From assembly GCF_021869535.1 (NCBI RefSeq), contig NW_026262701.1:110918001-110982000 (forward strand): a stretch of DNA of 64,000 nt, in the 5' to 3' direction. Shown piece by piece: positions 11,301 to 25,800 of the stretch. The translations under genes and the position numbers were made by a program. The notes under the pieces were generated by a model that was given only the letters and a program-made list of their open reading frames with translations, was not told the DNA's origin and did not search any database. The stretch comes from Mytilus californianus. Lineage: Eukaryota. Each line of letters opens with the position of its first letter. Position 1 is the stretch's first letter.

Positions 11301-13898
11301 CTTTTTTCATTTTTCTTTATTTTCTTTTTTTCTCTCACTCTCTTTTTGGAAAAAGGGGGGGGGGGGGGGTGATTGAGGTGTATGGAGGATGTTGAATTGT
11401 TATAATTTACACGTATTTAAAAAGGCTAATCATAAGAATCAAAAGTGGAATTCAAAATCCCGTTCGATTTAACTAATTATCACAAGATCTTACATGTTGT
11501 GAGCAACACAATGGACGTCACTAGAGGAGCAGGAACTTCTTTGTCCTGTGTGACTCCTGTCCGTATTTAAATGGGGCTCGTATCGTCTATCTTATGTATT
11601 TTCTTGCTTTTTTACATTCATTATACTTATCGTCTTTTGGCAATATTTTTGTCCGCTTTGCTTGATTTTCGATTGACCCTTCATATAATTTAACTGAAGA
11701 AAGAAACAGTAGCATGCAGCCGTAGACAACAAGGATACATTACTACACAACAAAGGACAAAAATGTAAACCCATACAACTACTTACTCATTGGCAATTAT
11801 ACTACATTTCCCATATTTTTATATAACAGTATACGCTTACCCTTTGGATACATCTGGTCTCACTCCATTTGGATACGATACTGCGTTTTTTTTTTACCGC
11901 AATGTATTTTTGTTTCACGTTTGTTTTTCTGTTTCTGGACTTAGGTTTCAGCTCGTCGGTACATATGCCACCTTCATATTTGAAAAAGTCTTTTTAGAAA
12001 TTTTACGGTCGCAATTATTGCTCATTTGATCGTTACTGAGTTTGACCAAGGATTTGTTCCTATTGTCGTTATCACAAACCGGTTCTATCACAAAGTAGAG
12101 CTTATTGTCGGATTTTTAATTGTTATGATCAAATTTATGGATGCTACTAATGACACAAGGCGATACATGCTTTACCTATCCGAAACAACTGGCGGCAGTT
12201 TTGGTCTAAGTAACGTGTTTTTGTTATGTTTAATAGACTATTATTTGTTTTTTTCTCTTTTTCTTTCAGCTATATTACACTTTTGCATGTTCTGTCCTTT
12301 GAATATTGCTCTTTGATTATCCACTTTGTATCTTCTATTTCATCCGCTGTACATTCGCCCGTGTTTACACGGCATTCTTCGCTACATAGAAAAAATTACT
12401 GATCAATTTAATTTACTGCCACCATCAAGACAAAGGGTACTGGTGGCATACTAGTGGGGCAGGAACTGCTTACGCCTTTAGAGCACATGAGTTGACACTC
12501 TCCTATGGAGGAGTTCGTATTGCTCGTTCATTTATTTCAATGCAGCGGATTTTTTCCTGTCGTTTATGAATTTCGTAGCGGCATCGTGTTGCATGCTTTT
12601 CTTCGGCTTTTGATGCTTGATTGTCTCCTTTATATCTTTTCCCCCTTTGTTACCATTTGTTTCCACGAAATAACTTTTCCCAAGGACGTTTATCCATTAA
12701 ATTTGCACGTTCCCACTGCGTGGCCAGTAATTATAAAGAAGGTGAGAATACATACAAAAACGAATATACAATGGAGGAAATAATATTCCTTGAATCTGAA
12801 ATGTCAGCAAAATAGGTGAGAACTTTCACGGAAAACTTGAACCTGTCTCTCCACATACCATATAAGTGAGTCTTTCACTAGTTCTTGGACGTCATGGAAA
12901 TCAAATTATCAATCATCAAAATCAGAACGAGGCGATACTAAAAGGAAACAAAAGGAAGACAACAAACACTTGAGACACAATTATATATCTATTTAAGCAA
13001 TTGCTGAAAATCACGAATGATCTCATTTTCAAGATCAGCACTTAGACCGGAAAATTCCTATGAACCTTTGTAAATATTTTAATTTGTTGTCGTGGTATGT
13101 AAAAACAGATTAAGTTCAAACTTAATTTTACACATTTTTTGTTTGTTTTCCATGTTCTTCGACTTACAATTAATTAAGCCCACCAACTGTTGTGATTCGA
13201 TCGCAACTGATGAATATATATGAAATTAATTACAAACGTATTATCTATTCAGTTTTTGCTGACCTAATTAGGATATGGAACATCGAAAATTTCTTGAAAA
13301 CACATGTTGTATCCTTCGTTTTCAACCTTTGCAGAAATTAATGTATGATTAAATCTCATTCGGGAAAACAAACTTTAGACATATATGAAACTTATGTTTG
13401 TTTTTATAGACGGGGATCAATAAGAGCTTGTTTATTAGATAAACAGCTTTGTTTGGCTAAGTATGGGCTCTGTTAATTTTTTCTGAGAAAGGTTTGGAAC
13501 CCTTTCAACTTCCATTGCATACTTTTTTTAAATTATTTTTTACTTCATTAAAATGAAAATGTATTCATCAACAAGAATTTTACAGACAAATATATGCATT
13601 GGTAATTAGAGATTTGATGATGATTTTAAGACAAATTTATCAAAGAAGGGTTTTCGCCGATTTAATGTTTTCTATACAAATGTGCATTTATTGTGAAAAA
13701 ATTGATTCAGTAATATTTCAGAATAAAATGAGATATATGCGTTATATTTTAGATTTTTGGTTATTGTTGAACGTGCCAAAGTTGTATGCAAAACTTTACA
13801 AAAATCCGTGACATAGTCAATTTACTGTTCATTGACCTGTATATTTAACATATTGTTTCGCTAGTTAAAACAACGTTTTCTAAATGTATATTTATAGA

Positions 13899-16800
13899 AT
13901 GGCCATGAAACACGGTAGCAAACTTGTTCATGCATTGTCCAGCACATCGAAACGAACGGAATCAATAAAAGCAACTGGCACAGAAGTGGTTCATGTTCAT
14001 ACAGCGACATTAAATGGCGTATGTTTTATTACTGAGAAATAATTGGAATTTAATTGAAATGCATTTAGTTTTATCCTGGATGACTTAAATTCATTCAAAG
14101 GAACTAAATATTTAGCAAAGCCTTCTTTACTTTAAATATGCTCTCATCGAATGTTGGCATGTAAGAAAATGATAATACATACAGTTACTTACCTTATTTG
14201 AAAAAAACAAATTACAAACACTAATGTAAAACAGAGGCGGAAGATAACAATGGGATATTTAAACTCATAAGTCGATATTGCCATGGCAAAAAACGAAAAG
14301 CGACCAAAGACAAACAACAGTATGCTGAACACAGCATCATGAACATAGAAAACTGAAGACTGAGCAACACGAACCCCATCAAAACAGGGGGTGATTTCAG
14401 GTACTCTGGAAGGGAAAGCAGATCCTGCTTTACATGTGGCACCCGTCATGTTGCTCATGTAAGTACAAACTCAGTGGTAAGTCTAATTCGGCGGTGTCAA
14501 ATTCGAATTGTTGCAATTTTATTTTGCAACATGGAGTGAGCAAATCAAGGCTGCATCGAACTTTAAATTGTTGATTCTCTGACGGAAACAGTTGGAAATG
14601 TTCTTTTATTTAAACTGTTATTTATTGATGTATGAACAAAACGAGATACTGACACAATTCATCTAATATTATTCTTTGTTCAAGATACTTCCAATACGAC
14701 ATGGGAACATAAATAAACACAAGCAGAAGAGGTAAATTGATCCTGAGATTGCCTCCATGATATAATTCAACAGTCTGATTCTTATAAAGTTAATATTCCT
14801 TCGTTGTTTTGGAGACAGCTTTGATACCTTAGGTAGCAATATACAGTTAGGAAAAAATAAAAATCTACCCTCATAAATTTTACCATCCCCTTTTCCTTGC
14901 TTTCTTACAAATTTAGCTTACTGGTTATATGACATATGTGCATATGTATGTAATACTTATCTTCCATAGATTTGATTTCCTGTAGTTAAAATGGTGGAAT
15001 ATAATTTCTGTTGGTGTATCCATGGCAACAATCTGCATTTATTTGCTATCAAATATTGCACAAATGGGTGTGAAGGAAGATGCCACATATTTCCCCAAAA
15101 ATTGTTTAAACGTAGAATTTCAACCCCTTGGAGTGATACCTTTTCTGAAACTGTTTACATATATCTATATATATACAAATAAAAGTCATATGTCTTTCGT
15201 AAAATTGCCTCAAAAAGTTTTTGTGAAAAAAAAGTGTTTGTAAACATTACAATAATTTCTGGACCTTTGGACGGTTGGGATATGCAAATACGTACAGCTA
15301 AACAGAAAATAGCCCAATAAACATGTAAAAAATAATCTTGATGTTCCTATAAACCCACTTTGAAGGCTTAATTAGTCATCAGCTGTCTAAAAATAAATTT
15401 TATTGCACAATAACTTTCATATTTGTAAAATCCACAGGGGCCAAAATGCGAAACCACACTCCTAACTGTGTATTGCTACCTTAGTAAAATTTAAGTAAGA
15501 TACGTGTACCAAGTCAGGAATATAACCGTTGTTTTCCATTCGTTTGATGTGTTTGAGCTTTTCATTTAGCTATTTGATAAGGGACTTTCCGTTTTGAATT
15601 TTCCTTGGTGTTCGGTATTTTTGTTATTTAACTTTTTACATTCATTGTCTCCCGACACAAAATGAATAATCGTCAAGCGAAAGACAATACTCAAAACGTT
15701 GCTCAAAAACGATTTTGTTTAGAATATTCTTCCTTTCATTGTTTATATAAAAACATTGTGTTCGATTCCAAATATCTACATTTTGACTGGGTGTAAATTC
15801 GAATGGCGGGTGATGCATGCGAAGCAGGAGACGTTTAACATGTCAACGCACCCGATTTCAGTCTGTTTGGAGTTCATACGATTCCTTCAGTTTTTGTTTG
15901 TTACCTTGATTTGTACCTTTCTAATCATTCTCTAAATTGGTTCTACCTGTTTTTCCTCATTAGGATAAATAAACTTTAGTCTGTAACCTTCTTTCAATAC
16001 CGGCAAGAAAATTTTGAATATGATATTGTTCAAATTGTAACAGATATATATTTTGATAATCATATGATGTAATACTAGATATAACTTTAATGCTGATTTT
16101 AAATAAACATATAATGTCGAGAGTGTTGAGCTTTTACACGATATAGATGCTTACGGGTGTGAGCATGTTGACATGAAAGTACTTTACAGTTCCTTAAGTC
16201 TTAGTAATACATGATATTCTACTAAATGGTATAACATAACAAAATTGAACAGGACCAATATTTTTTCATGTTGTAGTGTCCATTCAGAAAAACACATACA
16301 CTACAAACAAAAGATCCAACGACTTCTATATCTCAAAACAAAACCCAGCTGTTTGAAGATATTCCAGGGCCTAAAGGGCTGCCAATCGTGGGAACTTTGT
16401 TTGATTACTTTAAAAAAGATGGACCTAGATTTAATAAAATGTTTAAAGTAAGTACTAATAATTGATTCTTAAGTTTTAATTTGATAATATCACGTGATAT
16501 TCTTTTCTTGTAAAAATATTCTTTTTTTATATCAAGACACACATGCCTTGTTTCATTGGTTATTTCATTTGTCTTGATTATTTCATATCCAATGAACCAA
16601 GTAAACTGTAACTGTTTATCTTGTGTAAAGAACAAACTTCTGTCCGAGGAAAGGGATTAGGTATCTATAAAAATAATAAAATCTGTTATGAATTATCACT
16701 TAAAGTATATCTGGATGATTTTTACAGTCCTACCAACAAAGAGCTTTCGAATATGGACCAATATATAAAGAGCAAATAGGAGCAATATCAACCGTAGTAA

Positions 16801-19800
16801 TCAGTGACCCTCTTGAGTACAACAAGGTAATCCGTTCAGAAGGGAAATATCCAAACAGAAGAGAAATGGAACCAATGGCACATTATCGAAGGAAAAAGGA
16901 AATTGGACTAGGGCTGGTTAATGCGTATGTATACTGAATGAAATACATACATTTTGATTTGATTTGGATTTGCCAAATGCGCGTATGAATTTTGTCGCGA
17001 ACCTTTACACCATATTCCTTGCTTTCCATTTCATCGACCGAGTTTGTCTCTCGTGCTGTGTGGGGTCATAGAACCTAGAACTTGTTCTCGTTACGTACTT
17101 AGTTATATGTTATCATATTTGTACAATTATGAAGTACTTTCTCCTAGCTATCTTCTCTTATGTGTACTACTGCAGTTTTTTTTTCTATTTCGGTCTGAAT
17201 TCTTATCGCAAATGTTAATCAATTCATCTCAACTATTTTGCCTATGAATACAATATTTCCCGATGTGTCCCGTGTTCGCTAATTATGATAGTATTGGTTA
17301 GATTTCTTTCCCTGTAGTACAATATCCTAAATATGTGTTCTACATAGCACAGATCGATAAGAGTTTTGATAAAACCCGTTCAAGTGACCGTCTTTGATTT
17401 TTTATGAGGTGTGAGCTTTTTTTCCTTGTCAAAGGCCTCACATGAACTATGTGATCAATAAATGTGATATTTCATTGCTTTCACTTTTTTCAAATGCATG
17501 TTAGAACTTTGTCGTTGCTTAATACACAAAATTCCTTATTTGTAGGGAGACTTAGACATACAGGAACTTCTAAAATGAATGAAACAAGGCTAACGTTAAC
17601 TTAAACTTCAAGTTTCAATATATTCATTATATTCTCTCAATCATGAAGTTTGGTGACTATGTTGATTGCATCTATCCCTTTACAATCAAAATAAAGGTAA
17701 CAACAGATGTGTTAAGTCTACTACATATCTCGAATTACATCTAGATATTGTAAATTAAAGAAGATCAGTTGAGAAGTAAACATTACAACGCGATGATTGT
17801 TATATTTTTTTCACTATAAACTTCTAATTAAGCAATACTAGTATTCACAAGCACCATTAAATGAAGAATTTATTTCTTAGTTGATGTGTCTGTTTGGTAG
17901 CATCTCCTCCTAAAAAATCTTTTGAACATCGGTGAACTACTATTGCGTATATTAAACATTTGTTAGATTGAAATGAAATATTTCTGTCTATACCATTTCA
18001 TTTTTGAATCAGAATATTTTTTTAGACTTTCCGTATGAAAAGATGCAGTTTGCAATACGAATACAAAAAATACAAATGCGGATAGGAGGGGACTGTGACT
18101 TTGTAAGTTCCGCTCGTTAGTTATTCATTTGAATCAAAAGTTTATCAATTACACGTTTGTTCCCTCAGTTTTAGTTTGTAACCCGGATTTGGTTTTTTTC
18201 TCAATCGATTTATGAATTTCGAACAGCTGTATACTACTGTTGCCTTTATTTTTGAGGTTGATGCTGCTTTTGAAGTGAAATAATTAATATCCTTGCCTAA
18301 GATATTGTCAAATATGTGAGATGAATGTGGATCTTCAATCAGCTTTATGTTATGAATAATAAGAAGGTACACATCAAGTTAAAAAAAATGAGGGAATCGC
18401 ATAAAACCAAAACTCGGGGGATCGCATGATCTCTCAAGGAGCGAGACCAGCTACGTCGACAGAGTGAACGCCTCCTGCTATGCATGTATCACCCGCCATG
18501 CGAATCCTGACACTCAGTAAAAATGTTACAATCGGGAATAGGAAACAATCGTTAAATCAACAGATCAGACGACTATTCTGGCATCTAAATATCTATGACC
18601 CCGAAAACATGTCGACAATTACGGGGTTGTACCAGCTGTGCCTTTCCAAAATCAGGTGCTTTGTCACGTCCGACATGTCTGTATCCTAAGAGAATCTACA
18701 ATATACTTGATTTCCGCCTATTTTTTTCATTATTAATTTAAATCATACATATATAGACAGGGAGAAGAGTGGCACAGACACAGAACTGTGGTCAGTAAGA
18801 AAATGTTGAAAATGAAAGAGGTGTTGGCATATTGTGAGGGATTGGACGTAGTAGCAGAAGACTTTGTAAAACATCTTATGGCCAGGCTTGATGAAAAATT
18901 CGAGGTCAAAGGACTAGAGACAGATCTATTCAAGTGGTCCATGGAATGTAAGCTTAATACCTTAATTGACCTATCAGAATTTCGGGTTATACCACTCTCT
19001 ACTAACTATATTATTACACAGAAGTTTCCCCGTAACTTAGCTTTAATAACTGATAATCATTAAAGTCAATCTTTTGAGAATATGAAAATTAGTCATGATA
19101 AAAAAAAAAACTAAACCTTAAATATATCCTACAATAAAATTGCACCACATGAAATTATTATAGATCAATGGGAACTTTTCAAAATCAAATTCCAAGTTCT
19201 GAAAAGTATACTGCAGATTAAAATTCAGGCAGGTAGATTAATAAAAGGTCAATATTATTAGTTCTTAAATCAATTCCAATTGTTTCCATTATTAAATACT
19301 GCAATCATTTTTGTACGTCATGTTTTTCAAGAAGAATATGTTAAAACGAAACTACTTAGCATACAACGCCAGTTATACGTTTCTTCTTCTTCATTTAAAT
19401 GTTAACTAGCTCCAATGTTTAAAATGTGTAGTAACCAATTTTAAATAAATTATACGTTTGTAGCTTACTGTACCAAGTCAGGAATATGACAGTTGTTTTC
19501 CATTTGTTTGATGTGTTTGATCTTTTGATTTTGCCATTTGATAAGGGACTTTCCGTTTTGGGTTTTCCATGGAGTTCGGTATTTTTGTTGTTTTACTTTT
19601 TACATGTACATATATAAAGTTATGTTACGTTTCTCCTTCTGAAATTCTGTAAATTAAATTTTACCAACAATACCTGTATTAAATGATGCAATATTTCAGC
19701 AATAGGAATTTAAATTTTATCCACATTATCTAAGTTTTGTAATATTTTAGCAATAGGAATTTTTTTGTTTGACGAAAGAATAGGATGCCTTGGAGATAGA

Positions 19801-22800
19801 ACACCACAACAGGCCCAAGACTTTATCATAAATCTACATGGTTTCTTTAAACTGATGCAGCCGTTGATGTACAATCTGCCAATATATAAATTATACCCCA
19901 CTAAAACATGGAAACAGTATGAACAATATACAGACAATATCCTGAAAATAGGACGATCTTATGTAGATAAGGTATTTATTTAATGACATTGATACCTACA
20001 GAGTAAGCAACATTTAAGTTATCGACAGCGCCAATCATTGTTTATTGAATGTTATTATGACCGAGCACGCATGCTGATATGGCGTAAAGTGCTTAAATTT
20101 GATTTATATATTATGAATCTATAAATTGTAGAAAGATGGAAAGAAAACACATGGTCATGATGTTTTTATTGTTTTCTTTCATGTTTTTTTGTTTCTAGTG
20201 TTTTCTCCACCCAAAAAGTATAAAAAAAAATTCCACATTGTTCAATTATCTATTTTGAATCATATAAAGAGACAAGATGTACATAATAAAATCATACACA
20301 AGAATCGCGGACAGCTCAGCTGGATGGCTTTATCAGCTACCACACAGAGAACCGTAATCATTGAAAATTTTTTAACGTTATTGTCTATGGGGAATTATGA
20401 CCACTAGCTAAATAAACGAATACTATGTCTATTTTATAAATCTCATATAAAATAAATAAATTATAGAGATCTCACCACTTTTTTAGCTTTGAAATGGTGT
20501 AATAAAATCCACTTTATCTTGATATTTACTGGTGTCCCTATCATGTTGAAAGTCGGGTTCTCTTTTGGTTGAGATGTGTTAAATTACGAGGTATCCATAT
20601 TTTATAAAAAATCATATTAAATTCATTTTTTATTGTAAATCAAATTAACAAATTATACAGTATTGGCAAATAATTTTCCTATCAAATGGTATAAGAATCG
20701 TCATTTTAAAATAATGTTTACTGTAGTAGTAAATGAAGTAAATGCAAGTATTTTGAATGTATACAGTAAGATATCATAGCATCAAAATCATTGTTAGGAT
20801 ATGCTATCTTTATGTTCTCCTTCATACATTAATCTTATTGTTTAGTACAAGGATTTGTATAGTACTATACAAATCCTTGTTTAGTATATTCATAAAATGT
20901 CGTTTAATAATACAAATGACGAAAAACATCGAAGTCCTTTTTAAGAAAAGCTCCATAATTATCGATCTCAGCTAACATATAAACACGAATGTGTCAATAT
21001 TTACATAGTATATTGTATAAGCGTCCCATGGTGCCACGGCAAATCCTTTCCGGTGCTGTATCACTATTCAATACCATATGTTACTATTTTATCTTATCAT
21101 TTAAGTATTATATTGAAAATATAGTAGTCCATACACAAGAGCTTGTTGGGAGACCCCCTTTTTTTTAATTTTTTGCGGTTAATCTATCAAAATAGTCTTT
21201 TCACATCAGCTTTTTTACCTTGTCTAAAGTGTTCAAACTCTTATCAATGCGATTTAACAATAATAATTTATGTATGTTGCCCTCTATTCTTATGTTTACG
21301 AGTATTCTACACATACGAATATAGGGTAATACATATAAACTAATTTTATAAAGTAAAAAAAAAATTGAGATACGGCTGAAATATGAACGAATATTTTCAA
21401 ATAAGATTAATTACAACAAAAAAATAATTATAAAATTAACTAGACTAAGTGATGCCCCGCACTTCACTCTGACTGTATCATTACAAAGATAATGTAGAAC
21501 TTTATCTGAGATTTAATTGTGTCTGGGAGACACAAATGATGCCCCAGCAGATGCAAAGTGTTATTTTAAAATAACTTCAACTATCTCTCAAAAGAGCAAA
21601 TATTAAACCCTGACCACATGCACACCTTCAATATATGTACAAACCACTAAACTTTAAGAAGAAAGTCTGCGGTTTTATTTACTGATATCTATGTCTAATT
21701 AAGGGTAGTGAATTATTTAAGTTTTATGTTCCTAGAGGACAGGAAAATATTACAATTTAATCCACAGGTGTTAAAGATTTTACGTGTTACCTAGTTCAAA
21801 TAAAATCCAGCATGGAGTATACATCTGGCTTATACAATGTCAATATCGAATACATGTGACCTACCCATATCAAATAAAATCTAAAATTGACATTGCCTTT
21901 CTGTAGCTTTTATTTATATGTTTTATGAGATTTCAACCCTCCCTCTATACCTCTAGCCTATGTAGAATAAACAAAACACAGCAACACGCACAGTAAAACT
22001 CAGTTTAAAAGAAGTCCGAGTCCGATGTCAGAATAGATAACAAAAGACACTAAGCAAAATGACAATGATACATGATAAATTAACTAAAGGACTACTAGCA
22101 ATAACTGACATGCCAGCTCCACACTTCAATTAAACTGATTGAAAGATTATGTCTTCGTCATATTCATAAATTGTCTATCCTTTTCCAGAATCACGTTGAA
22201 GAGTTAAATGCTATTTTTTTTTTGATATAAAACATAATCTAGATAATACTCAAGCCTACTCAATTAAAAAGAAATATACAAGGATAGATCAGTTTGCCTG
22301 TGGCTTTAAAATGTTTCTTTTATTGAACTTGTTAAAATCAGAAACACCGATGATAAATTATTTGGACTATCTTAAAGCTTCCGAAAAGGTCGTGTGTAGT
22401 ATAAACAGGGTTACAAATTTCATACAATAAGAAAATTTACTAGATTAAGAAAAAAAAATTAAAAAAAGTATTGATCAAGAGATATACATATGTTATAAAT
22501 ATAGGAAATATAATAACATGTAAACGTATCTCTTTTGAACCATCCTTAACAGAAAATATTCTTTCTACATCATAGGGCATGCAAAACTTTTCTTTTTTAG
22601 ATTATTTCTTTTCTATCGGCAATTTCTTCATCATTCATCTGTGTATAGTGTACGCGGGGTTTCTTTCTTAAATCCAACTGCGTTCGGAATTATCGTAAAA
22701 CTGCTAATATCATAAATTACCCTATAGGCATAACGTCAAAGTGACATCTATTGGCGGGGTGTTCGTTTAGGGGAGTTATCTATTCTTATCTACTGGTCAC

Positions 22801-25800
22801 CAGACAATGAGAACAAGATGGGAACCAGAATAGAAAAGTAACACGAGTTATCTCGCCTTGAAATGTCCGTAATTCTTGTACATTAGGAAAAAGAACCGTG
22901 AAAGTAAAAAGTAAAATCGAGACACACTGGTCCACAAGACATAACAGAGAAAAGAGAAGATCGTTTGTGAAAGAGTATAAATGAACAAAAAATTAACATA
23001 ATGTTACAGAAAAAAAATGTTTATATTTTAAAAGAAAGCTGAGCAGCTTCAGTTTGCAGAGAACCAGAGCAATGACCATGTACCATTCCTAACATATTTA
23101 TTGTCGGATCAATCCCTCACCCCAGAAGAAGCTCTGTCAACAGCGACCGATCTTCTAGTCAGCGCAACGGAAACGGTAAGAACTAAAAAAATATTCATAC
23201 TTAATTGACTTTATCACTAAAACATAAGTTGCTTGTTGACTGAAATCGTCCATCTTTATTTATTTGACTTAGTTATAATGCAAAAAAGCTCCTTATTCAT
23301 TGAATAGTAAAATCTGTTTTTTTTTGTTAATTTATTATATAATGAATATGCATGTAAAATAGGAAACCGCCGATGTATTTGTAGTTGAGAGTTGAAGTTG
23401 AAAGATAAACATTGCATGCAAAAGAGAGGCGAAAGATACCAAAGGGACATTCAAACTCATAAGTCGAACATAAACTGACAACGCCATGGCTAAAAAAGAA
23501 AAAGACCAACAGACAAAAAATAGTACACAAAACACAACATAGAAAACTAAAGACTGAGCAACACGAACCGCACCAAAAACTAGGGGTGACAAATAAGTCA
23601 GGATCCTGAACATATTAAATCATAACTAAACGAATAATGATAGTCACGTTACTGGCTTCAATGGAAAGCTGTATGTTTACTTAGGTTTTATGATCCCGAA
23701 CCTTATGCATGTGTTTCCATTGATCATAATATCTGTAATTAATTCACTCCAAGTGTACAAGAATGAGGAGTTTATAATAGGGAAAATATTCAAATTTTGT
23801 CACTGTTTACATTATTTATTAACCATTTTCAATGCAATGCTGTATAACCTCGTGACAAAAACTTTTTTATAAGTGTAACCAAAACAAGGGTGTGAATAAC
23901 TTGGATATATGCAGATCAAACAATATCATGTGTACTATCTTTTGAAGTAAACCCCACATTTCTGTTTATGCATATCTAAGTTGTTAATTAAATGTATATT
24001 TTACCCAGACAACGACCAGCTCTTTGTGGATACTATACAGCTTAGCAAAGAACCCTGAGGTACAGGAAAAGCTTTACAAAGAAACAATGGATCTGATACC
24101 AAATAAAGAACCAATAACACCTGAAATACTAAGTCAACTATCATACCTTAAAGCTGTTGTAAAGGAAACCTTCAGGTGAAATTTATTACTGTTACATCGC
24201 CCCTGTAAACTATAGGTTGCAGAAGGTGCAATGATACTGCATGTCTGCTTGAAATTTCCATCAATAATTTGACTAATGATATGAGAATTAATTACACTTC
24301 TTAAAATTAATCCTATCACCTTATGGAATTTGAAATACTTATGAATTAGGACATTGTTATTGTGACAATTCGTTTCGTAACAAAAAATCAAATTTGTGTT
24401 AAGCACAACATTGCTTTCAAACAAAAGAAGATTTTCCAGAAAACTCCATTGATAAAAATCAACGTCTTGAAATTGTTTTGAAAAAGTGGTTTACGTGAGG
24501 TTTATCGCAAAGAAGTTGGACTAATATTCCCTGAATTTATTTCACACCGGGTCATTTTCAAAAGCCTTTCAATCTTTACTTAAATTCATAGTATCAAAAC
24601 CCAATGTGTGTACTTAAAAGAGAGGCGAAAGATACCAAAGGGACATTCAAACTCATAAGTCTAAAATAAACTGACAAAGCCATGGCTAAAAAAGAAAAAG
24701 ACATTCTAACAAAAGACCCTGTGAGTAAAAACAAATACAGGGGATATTGGTTCTTCCTCTTTTCACATGATGAAATCGCAGTGTAAGTGTGAACAATATT
24801 TACTTTTGTTTTAGATTGTATCCTATAACATTTGCCACAAGCAGACATATAGATGATGACTTGGAAGTCAACCAATACATGATCCCTGCAGGGGTTTGTA
24901 TTTTTTTTAAAGTTTATATAAAATGTTCTTGTTTTTGTCGTTTGTGTAAATAAAGATTACTGAGTATATATCTTCGACTGAGATCGAAGTCCTATCCTCA
25001 AATCGGAGATCGATCTGACGTCACAGTCTTAAATCGAAGTCCAAATATTTCAATACTCTAATTAAAATCTTATTTAACCAGATGTAAGTCATGGTAGCTG
25101 CCTATCGGGTCACTCAAATGTCTTAATATCTGAATACCAGTTAAGTCTATATTTCTGTTCTCTTTAGTGATCTTTTTGTCTTCATATTATTCTTTCTACA
25201 ATAGTCTATATGACAAATAAGATATCGTGATGAGTTGACTTACGAAAATGAACGACAGAGGAGACAACATCTAATTCCAAAAAGAAGCAACTAAAACAAA
25301 ATAAAAGGACGTCACGGATTGCGGGTAGATAACAAGTCATCTACAGACTACATATTATAATATGGACATGGATATTTTGCGTTCAAAATAAAAAACACTT
25401 CAAAGACACCAGACTACAAATTTGGGACGCCAGACACGTGTTTCTTCTACATAAGACTAATCAGTGACGCTCGAATCAAAAGAGTTGGAAGGCCAAAACA
25501 AATACGAAATTGATGAACATTGAAAAACCAATTATTTCGAAAAGTTGTGTCAAATACGTCGAAGCATATATATGCCTGGTGGTATATTAACCTTACTATT
25601 TAGAATATTTCAACATTCTATTTTATTGACAGTTGATTAACAAAAATAACGTACCAATGGTATTTCATGTCGGCACACAAGTGCTGAATCTAGGGCTGGT
25701 GATACCACAAGGAACGAAACGTCCATCACCAGTGACTAAGGCTATATATGACTGGGGGTAGATAAACCTTAGTGTTTAGCATATTTACATTTGAAGTCGT

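Noticed and set aside
23001-23034. Upstream CAG (23009) as the CYP10 exon 6 acceptor
   Set aside because: Leads to an in-frame TGA; the AAG acceptor at 23034 keeps the frame and P450 alignment.
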